A stretch of 49,447 nucleotides of DNA from a virus: positions 1-49,447 of the IMG/VR virus record IMGVR_UViG_3300050019_000017, one strand, 5' to 3'. The notes under the pieces were generated by a model, which was not told the origin of the DNA, did no database searches, and worked only from the letters and a program-made list of their open reading frames with translations. The translations under genes were made by a program, and so were the position numbers. Numbering within the stretch: position 1 is the first letter of the stretch; every line of letters starts with the position of its first letter. Positions 43,247-49,447 of the stretch are shown piece by piece.

Positions 43247-45513
43247 TGATTCCACAAGAATTGATGGCATACCCACAATGGGTACTGTGGCGTAGTGCTC
43301 TAACAACAGATAACCGGCCTACTAAGTTACCTTATTCGCCAATCACCGGGCAACTTGCCAGTGTGAATGATCCGCGAACATGGTCTGACTATCCTACCGC
43401 AGTTACCGCACTTTCTTTTGGTCAACACACAGGTTTAGGTTTTGTTCTCAGCACCACTGATCCATATACATTTATAGACTTGGACGATCCTAAAGGGGAT
43501 CAGTCTATTATTGATATACAGGTTAAGATTGAAGAATCATTTGACAGCTACAGCGAAGTATCACCTTCTGGCAGAGGATTACATATAATCATTAAAGGTA
43601 ACGTACCTGAAGGTAGGCGACGTAGCTGTGTTGAAGTCTATTCTAGCTCTCGTTATATGACTATGACAGGCAATACTTACCACGAAAAACCTATTGCTGA
43701 TCGTCAATCTATACTCGAAACGTTGTGGGAAGAACTAGGTAGCAATAAGTCTAAGCTTGACATTGCTAGTCAACCACAACAATATGCTGATGATGAAATT
43801 TATTATCAAGCTTGGAGAGCAGAAAATGGAGATAAATTTGCAGCATTATGGCGGGGTGATTGGAACATTTATTATAAGTCACAGTCTGAAGCTGATTTTG
43901 CTCTCATCAATATCTTAGGCTTCTATTCACGTAATATAGATCAGATTAGACGTTTGTTCCTAACGTCTGCTTTAGGTCAGCGGGATAAATCTAGGAAACG
44001 AGTTAAAACGTATGTAGATAACATGATTAAACGCAGCTTTGACAACCTACCCCCGGCAGTAGATTTAGAAAGTATGGTTGCCAAAATCAAAAGTGAACTT
44101 CAAGTTAACAATCCTTTCGCCGGTCCCTTGTTTCAAAGCCTTCCTGATCCGAATTATGATTGGACCGTACCCCCCGGCTTATTAGGCGATATTGTTCAAT
44201 TCATTTATGCATCGGCACCACGTCCTGTCAAAGAAGTTGCTCTTGCTGCTGGCATAGGTTTTATGGCCGGTATTTGTGGGAGAGCCTATAATGTATCTAA
44301 GACAGGCTTGAATCAATACGTGCTAGTCCTAGCTAAAACTGGTATTGGAAAAGAAGCTATGGCAGCGGGTATTGATAAGCTTGTTAAAGCGTTGCGACCA
44401 AGTATCCCGGCGATTATGGATTTTATAGGTCCGGCAGAAATTGCATCAGGTATTGCCCTAATTAAACAACTGAATAAACAACCTTGTTTTGTATCAGTGG
44501 TTGGCGAATTTGGTTTGTTAATGCAACAAATTTGTTCCCCATCAGCTAACTTACCGCAACAGCAACTTAGACGTAAGCTATTAGAACTCTATAATAAATC
44601 AGGAGCAACTGATACAGTACAACCTACAATATATAGCGATCAGAATAACAATACAAAAGAAATTAAATCACCAGCGTTTACCTTGTTAGGTGAATCTACT
44701 CCTGAAGCATACTATGCCGGTATTGATGAAACTATGATTGCTCAAGGATTACTGCCACGATTCTTGTGTATTGAGTATCTAGGTCCGCGTCCGCCATTGA
44801 ATAAACAGCATGGGGCTGTAACACCATCACCTGATCTATTAGCGCGTCTAACACAATTGTTGATGCAGACACTAGCTCTAGGATCAACGGCCAATGTACA
44901 TGAAATTCTGTGTTCGCCCGAAGCCGAAGTATTCTTAGATAAATTTGAACTGTCAACTACTGACTTAATCAACAGTTCTGATCAGGTAATTGCTAGGGAA
45001 CTATGGAATCGTGCCCATATTAAATCTCTCAAACTTGCCGCGCTTATAGCAATTGGAATCAATTCTAGTGTACCTGTTATTTCGCTTGAATGTGCGGAAT
45101 GGGCCACAACATTAGTAGAGCGCGATATTCTTAATGTACTAGCTAAGTTTGAAGCGGGCGGGATTGGACGTGACACGAACGAGATTCATCAATTGGCAGA
45201 TGTGGCTTATATAATTAAAGATTATATTTCTAAGCCTTTTACTCACATGGGCAAGTATAGGATCGTTGAGCAAATGCATACAGACAGAGTTATAGAAACG
45301 GCCTATATTCAGCGGCGATTGCTAGCTAAGAATGCATTTAAGAATGATCATATAGGCGCGTCGAATGCAATCAATCGTGCGTTGCAATCTTTAGTCAATG
45401 AAGGTTCCATTAGGGAAGTAAATCAAGCGAGCATGTACAAGGCATACAACAAGACAAGCAAAGGTTATCTTGTTGTGGACCCCATGCGCTTTTTGAAATC
45501 GAATGTCCTTTAA
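43243..45513 (+). CDS. bifunctional primase-polymerase/helicase
   Basis: YPQWVLW, IDLDD and SPSGRGLHII prim-pol motifs. SQSEADFALINILGFY is PriCT-like. Walker A is KTGIGKE. Confidence 0.8.
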   Translation: MMIPQELMAYPQWVLWRSALTTDNRPTKLPYSPITGQLASVNDPRTWSDYPTAVTALSFGQHTGLGFVLSTTDPYTFIDLDDPKGDQSIIDIQVKIEESFDSYSEVSPSGRGLHIIIKGNVPEGRRRSCVEVYSSSRYMTMTGNTYHEKPIADRQSILETLWEELGSNKSKLDIASQPQQYADDEIYYQAWRAENGDKFAALWRGDWNIYYKSQSEADFALINILGFYSRNIDQIRRLFLTSALGQRDKSRKRVKTYVDNMIKRSFDNLPPAVDLESMVAKIKSELQVNNPFAGPLFQSLPDPNYDWTVPPGLLGDIVQFIYASAPRPVKEVALAAGIGFMAGICGRAYNVSKTGLNQYVLVLAKTGIGKEAMAAGIDKLVKALRPSIPAIMDFIGPAEIASGIALIKQLNKQPCFVSVVGEFGLLMQQICSPSANLPQQQLRRKLLELYNKSGATDTVQPTIYSDQNNNTKEIKSPAFTLLGESTPEAYYAGIDETMIAQGLLPRFLCIEYLGPRPPLNKQHGAVTPSPDLLARLTQLLMQTLALGSTANVHEILCSPEAEVFLDKFELSTTDLINSSDQVIARELWNRAHIKSLKLAALIAIGINSSVPVISLECAEWATTLVERDILNVLAKFEAGGIGRDTNEIHQLADVAYIIKDYISKPFTHMGKYRIVEQMHTDRVIETAYIQRRLLAKNAFKNDHIGASNAINRALQSLVNEGSIREVNQASMYKAYNKTSKGYLVVDPMRFLKSNVL

Positions 45514-45524
45514 GGTCACTTAAC

Positions 45525-45941
45525 ATGAAATGTAAGCCCGACTGTACACATAATAAACATTACTGGTATATTCCGCCAGAAATAATCAATCCATTACATG
45601 CTGAATTTAACTTTGATTTTGATCCCTGTCCTAGTCCTAGACCGGAAGGATTTGACGGATTAACCGTAGAATGGGGTGAACGTAATTGGGTAAATCCGCC
45701 GTTCACAGGGGGAGTAACACCTTGGATCAGAAAAGCTATTGAACAGCAGAAAAAGGGGAAATTATGCGTGATTATACTTCCCATTTTTGCAATGAGGCCC
45801 ATTGTGATCCTTGATCAAGCAGGAGCAGAAGTACGTTATATTGGTTTGGTTCGCTACCTTTCATTAGAAGATCATACACCAAATCCTTGTAAGACAAATG
45901 ATCTTCATCCCACTTTACTATTTATATTACGGCCCAAATAA
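45525..45941 (+). CDS. DNA N6-adenine methyltransferase (phage Dam-like)
   Basis: NWVNPPF catalytic motif and FDFDPC. 138 aa. Confidence 0.7.
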   Translation: MKCKPDCTHNKHYWYIPPEIINPLHAEFNFDFDPCPSPRPEGFDGLTVEWGERNWVNPPFTGGVTPWIRKAIEQQKKGKLCVIILPIFAMRPIVILDQAGAEVRYIGLVRYLSLEDHTPNPCKTNDLHPTLLFILRPK

Positions 45942-45944
45942 AAT

Positions 45945-45977
45945 GGTACCATGTACAACTTAGGTACCATGTACAAC
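45945..45977. repeat. two tandem GGTACCATGTACAAC motifs (18-bp period)
   Basis: Exact 15-mers at 45945 and 45963 fill the 38-bp gap between convergent genes. Confidence 0.9.
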
Positions 45978-45979
45978 CC

Positions 45980-46270
45980 TTATTCTTCCGGTGGTGTCCA
46001 AGTAGGCACGTCAACGAGCTTCAATTCTGCTTCTTTAATACGATCCACGTCCGGAGCTTCATGGACTCTCATACAGAAGTCATAGGTGGCTTCGTGATAT
46101 TCAGTATCAGCACCTTGATAGCCATAAGTATTGACACCTTGAATAAACACCCTGTTAACATCTTTAGACGGTGATACAACGACGGGTAACTCTTGCCCAT
46201 CCTCAAGTTCTAACTCATATTTGTAGGCATGTTCCTGCCCCTTGCTGAATAAACTAATTGTGACTTTCAT
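45980..46270 (-). CDS. hypothetical protein
   Basis: 96-aa ORF. Confidence 0.5.
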   Translation of the reverse strand: MKVTISLFSKGQEHAYKYELELEDGQELPVVVSPSKDVNRVFIQGVNTYGYQGADTEYHEATYDFCMRVHEAPDVDRIKEAELKLVDVPTWTPPEE

Positions 46271-46637
46271 CTTGTTTTCCTTTCAAGATCATTTCACGTT
46301 TGCTGGTGTAGTTTGGATTCGGCACAAAACCATAACGCTTGTACCATGAATACAGTTGCCATACGCTGAGTCTAGGACGCTGATCACCAAATGGCCGGAC
46401 ATAGAGTGTCAACGTCACATTATACTTCATTGCAAGGTCACAGAGCCATTGCAGAGCCATGCCAGCATTACCCCGGCCACGATCCACAGACCTGATACCA
46501 TTCAACCTTACACTGCCTGAAAAGGTTGTGATCCTCAGTATGACACACCCTTTCCAAACACGCTCTTGCACGTTGAATGGGTTAGGCTCTGTTTCGTGCA
46601 TGTAATCATACACAAATAGTTGTTGTTGATTTTTCAT
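46254..46637 (-). CDS. GNAT-like acetyltransferase (tentative)
   Basis: RGRGNAGMALQWL resembles the acetyl-CoA-binding loop. A ...WYKRYGF motif follows. Confidence 0.4.
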   Translation of the reverse strand: MKNQQQLFVYDYMHETEPNPFNVQERVWKGCVILRITTFSGSVRLNGIRSVDRGRGNAGMALQWLCDLAMKYNVTLTLYVRPFGDQRPRLSVWQLYSWYKRYGFVPNPNYTSKREMILKGKQDESHN

Positions 46638-46855
46638 ACCTTCTTATTCTGATATTTGTTGACAAAGCTAATAGCACGTCCGGCCATGCCAAAGCTAGTA
46701 TCAAAAAATTCAACTGCATTTAAGATACGTTGTGTTTCTTTTCCAAATTTGCGTGAAATTACGGCGATAACGTCACTGTCAATAGACTCGCCGCGAAGTG
46801 ATTCCAACCATTGTTTTGCTTCTTCTTCTGTCATTTGTTTAATCTCCCCCTTCAA
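46634..46855 (-). CDS. hypothetical protein
   Basis: 73-aa ORF with ATGA overlaps at both ends. Confidence 0.45.
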   Translation of the reverse strand: MKGEIKQMTEEEAKQWLESLRGESIDSDVIAVISRKFGKETQRILNAVEFFDTSFGMAGRAISFVNKYQNKKV

Positions 46856-48456
46856 AACTCAAAACCCATGACTTCCGGGTATTTCTTGTTGTGCCAGATA
46901 CGAATCTTCTTAGGCCAAGGCAACTTACCTATAGACTTCAAAGCTTCGTCTGTGCTCTGTGGGATTGTACCACCGTAATGCTTTAACCACCACTCAGCCG
47001 CTTTCTTCTTAGCAAAGCCGGTATGATCAAAGCATAGCCATTCGTTATGCATACGCAAGCCACAAATGTATGTGACCTTGATCATCGGCGGTGATCCTTT
47101 TTTCTGGTGCATATTATAGATCACCTGTTGAACTGGTACCCAATCAACTATAGATTCCGGTTCAAAGCGTACCAGTTCATCGGTAGATGCCTCTTTGTAT
47201 AGCTTGGGACTCATATCAAACTTCGCGCCACAGCCTATACAGATTGGTGCCCTAGCATGATTATAGGTTCCACACTTAGGGCAGATTTTGATAGGTGCTA
47301 CTCCGGGCTGTTGTCCCTTTACTCGTTTGTGCGGAATGATAGGATCATTGACCGGACCTAACCTAGCTGTGTTCTTTGCGAAGTCTAGAACTAAACAATT
47401 CTCTTTGCGTGTTGCTACCGATGGCCGTCCGCCACGTCCCAACATTTGTACCCACAGAACGGCAGACTGCGTTGGACGCAACATGATAATTAAATCAATT
47501 GGTGGATGGTCAAAGCCGGTAGTCAGCTTGCCATAATTAACTAAGCAGCGAATCTTACCTTCTCTAAATTCTTGTATGTTTTCATCGGCTAAATCTTGTG
47601 GCATCTTGCTATGAACATAGGCGGCATCAATGCCCATAGTCTGTAGGCATTCAGTGATGTGCTCCGCGTGTTTAATTCCGCTGGCGAAGCATAACCAGCT
47701 AATGCGATCAGCACCTTGTTGCACTGATTCCAGACAGGCTTGATAGGTTACATCGTGCTTGTCAACGGCGGCTTGCAATTCATTCTTAGCATAGTCACCG
47801 TTAGCTGTTCCTACTCCTGTCACGTCCAATTCAATTCCGGTTTTCTTGGGGATTAGCAGCGCAAGGTATCCATCTTGAATAAGTTTGTTGTAGCTCTCCA
47901 TGTTGCAGATGTTGTAGCAGAAATCGTCAAACAATTTACCGTCTGTGATTAAACCGTATCCACTACGCCAAGGTGTTGCGGTGAAGCCAATCACTTTCAT
48001 GTGCGGATTGATTACGCGCAATGCAGTAATTAACTTCTGATACATGGTTTCATCATCAGGTCCGATTAAGTGTGCTTCGTCAACTAGAAACAGATCACGG
48101 TGCCCGAATCTCTCAGGACACTTGACCATCGAAGCCACACCACCATATATAATAGGGTGCATAGTATCGCATTGATTCAATCCACTGGAATAGATACCCA
48201 TCGGAGCAGTGGGCCACTGTCCTAGCAACTTGCTGGCATTCTGTTTAATCAGTTCCTTGACGTGTGTTGCTACGATCACTCGCTGCAACGGCCACTGTTT
48301 GAAAGTGCGGTGAATGAACTCAGCAATCACTAGACTCTTTCCAGTGGCCGTCGGCATTGCGATGACGGGATTACCCATGCCGTTTGTACCGGCTAGGTAA
48401 TAGTCAAAGATGCTTTGAATTGCATCTTCCTGATATGGATATGGTGTCAGCATCAC
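46852..48456 (-). CDS. SF2 DEAH-box helicase with a C-terminal zinc ribbon
   Basis: PTATGKS Walker A, LVDEAH box and CPKCG...CIGCG. Confidence 0.85.
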   Translation of the reverse strand: MMLTPYPYQEDAIQSIFDYYLAGTNGMGNPVIAMPTATGKSLVIAEFIHRTFKQWPLQRVIVATHVKELIKQNASKLLGQWPTAPMGIYSSGLNQCDTMHPIIYGGVASMVKCPERFGHRDLFLVDEAHLIGPDDETMYQKLITALRVINPHMKVIGFTATPWRSGYGLITDGKLFDDFCYNICNMESYNKLIQDGYLALLIPKKTGIELDVTGVGTANGDYAKNELQAAVDKHDVTYQACLESVQQGADRISWLCFASGIKHAEHITECLQTMGIDAAYVHSKMPQDLADENIQEFREGKIRCLVNYGKLTTGFDHPPIDLIIMLRPTQSAVLWVQMLGRGGRPSVATRKENCLVLDFAKNTARLGPVNDPIIPHKRVKGQQPGVAPIKICPKCGTYNHARAPICIGCGAKFDMSPKLYKEASTDELVRFEPESIVDWVPVQQVIYNMHQKKGSPPMIKVTYICGLRMHNEWLCFDHTGFAKKKAAEWWLKHYGGTIPQSTDEALKSIGKLPWPKKIRIWHNKKYPEVMGFEF

Positions 48457-48650
48457 TCACCAATTGAATCTACAGTGTTAAGTTTTGCTACCATACGGCA
48501 GTAAGCCTCACGATATGCAGCAAGGTAGCCATTGGCTGCTTTCAATTCACGCTTGGCTTTGTCTCGCTGGTGTGCGGCACGAAACCACATTGCAAACATC
48601 AGTATGCCAGCAAGTGAGATTAACAAACCTTCTAATGCAAGTGTATTCAT
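48453..48650 (-). CDS. small membrane protein
   Basis: TM helix LEGLLISLAGILMFAMWF with AAGGGAG upstream. Confidence 0.45.
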   Translation of the reverse strand: MNTLALEGLLISLAGILMFAMWFRAAHQRDKAKRELKAANGYLAAYREAYCRMVAKLNTVDSIGE

Positions 48651-48673
48651 TGTTTAATTCTCCCTTCGTTTTG

Positions 48674-48702
48674 ATTGTTTCATACTTCCGAAAACTTGTC
48701 AA
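48674..48702 (-). promoter_or_regulatory. sigma70-like promoter with extended -10
   Basis: Minus strand reads TTGACA-N17 (ending TGa)-AACAAT, upstream of 48650. Confidence 0.4.
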
Positions 48703-48707
48703 GTGAA

Positions 48708-48905
48708 TTACAAGCCATGTTTGTTGAAATCACGTTTATAACCGTGACGGGAACAACAAGCATGATTACGTTCCATCCAAGAATGGGTAGTTTCATTCCA
48801 TCCTGAAACTATGTTAACAACAAAATTAAATGGACGTTGTAATCCGTTATACCCTGTAACTTTTAACAGGATTGATCCGATCCAATGAATCATATCTGCT
48901 TTCAT
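48708..48905 (-). CDS. hypothetical protein
   Basis: ORF track gives 48708..48974. The ATG at 48905 with AAAGGA upstream leaves the operator-like region non-coding. Confidence 0.4.
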   Translation of the reverse strand: MKADMIHWIGSILLKVTGYNGLQRPFNFVVNIVSGWNETTHSWMERNHACCSRHGYKRDFNKHGL

Positions 48906-48928
48906 TTCAAATTCCTTTCTAGGCTCTC

Positions 48929-48998
48929 TGTACAACCGTTTTCCAAAATTGTCTAATCCCGACCCCCTGTACAACCATTTGAGGTACCATGTACAACC
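48929..48998. promoter_or_regulatory. three TGTACAAC-core motifs (operator-like)
   Basis: Cores at 48929, 48968 and 48990. The third sits in the full motif GGTACCATGTACAACC (48983..48998). Confidence 0.6.
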
Positions 48999-49062
48999 AT
49001 CTTATTTTGATACCTGCTTTCCTCTGGTTTTTCACCTGTCCACTTTTCGGAAATGGACACTT

Positions 49063-49281
49063 TTACGATTCCGGCATTGCACAAGATATTAGAATTAATA
49101 TATCCGGGCGAACCTGCAATGCACGTGCTAGTCTCTCGACGGTCGCAATGGTAGGGCATACGGTCCTGCATTCGATCTTGGCAATCATGGCGCGATTGCA
49201 GTGCATCCTACTGGCAAGCTGATACTGTGATAGTCCGCGAGCTTGCCTTAATAGTTTCGTGCTAAATGCTAGGTCCAACAT
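49063..49281 (-). CDS. XRE/Cro-CI family helix-turn-helix regulator
   Basis: LRQARGLSQYQLASRMHCNRAMIAKIE is an HTH. GAAGGA lies upstream of the ATG. Confidence 0.65.
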   Translation of the reverse strand: MLDLAFSTKLLRQARGLSQYQLASRMHCNRAMIAKIECRTVCPTIATVERLARALQVRPDILILISCAMPES

Positions 49282-49320
49282 ACTGTGATTCCTTCTATGC
49301 CTGATTTTATGCCGCTAGCA

Positions 49321-49447
49321 TGAGCCACAGCGAACGAACGGGACGGCGGTAATGGTATTGTGTCAGTTTGATACTTGCGTTTACTGTGGGCCATGCTAGG
49401 GCCATACAAATCAATTTTAATACTTTAGTGCCAAATAAAATAGCCAC
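49321..49447. repeat. terminal direct repeat, copy 2 (identical to 1..127)
   Basis: Same 127-nt identity. This is a circular-contig overlap or a true terminal redundancy. Confidence 0.95.

Overview
The window is one complete genome of a tailed dsDNA phage with siphovirus-like gene order. Bases 1-127 recur exactly at 49321-49447, giving a 49,320-bp circular or terminally redundant unit. A 1.2-kb AT-rich non-coding control region (2520-3717) fires two divergent operons. The leftward operon (2519->183) runs across the junction into 49281->45980 and carries an HTH regulator, an SF2 helicase and a GNAT-like gene. The rightward early block (3718-9918) holds small genes, HNH/Endo VII/VRR-NUC nucleases and a secreted protein with 35 consecutive prolines. 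Next comes a three-gene cassette of signal-peptide proteins (10457-13627), one tail-fibre-like and one in a sharp GC-rich island. The morphogenesis block (13628-35429) runs terS-like, terL, portal, MuF-like, scaffold, capsid, connectors, major tail, a chaperone pair with an A_AAA_AAC -1 frameshift site, tape measure, tail tip and fibres. A leftward replication/recombination operon (42966->35481) encodes an AAA ATPase, an SSB-like protein, an exonuclease, a clamp-like protein, a C5-methyltransferase and a family A polymerase. A short rightward operon (43061-45941) encodes an RHH-like protein, a primase-helicase and a Dam-like methyltransferase. I recognised no integrase, tRNA, CRISPR array, reverse transcriptase or lysis cassette. 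The main points for follow-up are: a 140-codon +1-frame ORF nested in the C5-methyltransferase gene, where both frames read like methyltransferase sequence; the secreted-protein cassette with its GC-rich member; a TGTACAAC-core motif family confined to intergenic DNA; iteron-like repeats and a GATC cluster in the control region; a long structured leader; and apparently leaderless operon heads. All functional calls rest on motifs read by eye and on gene order; no database search was possible.
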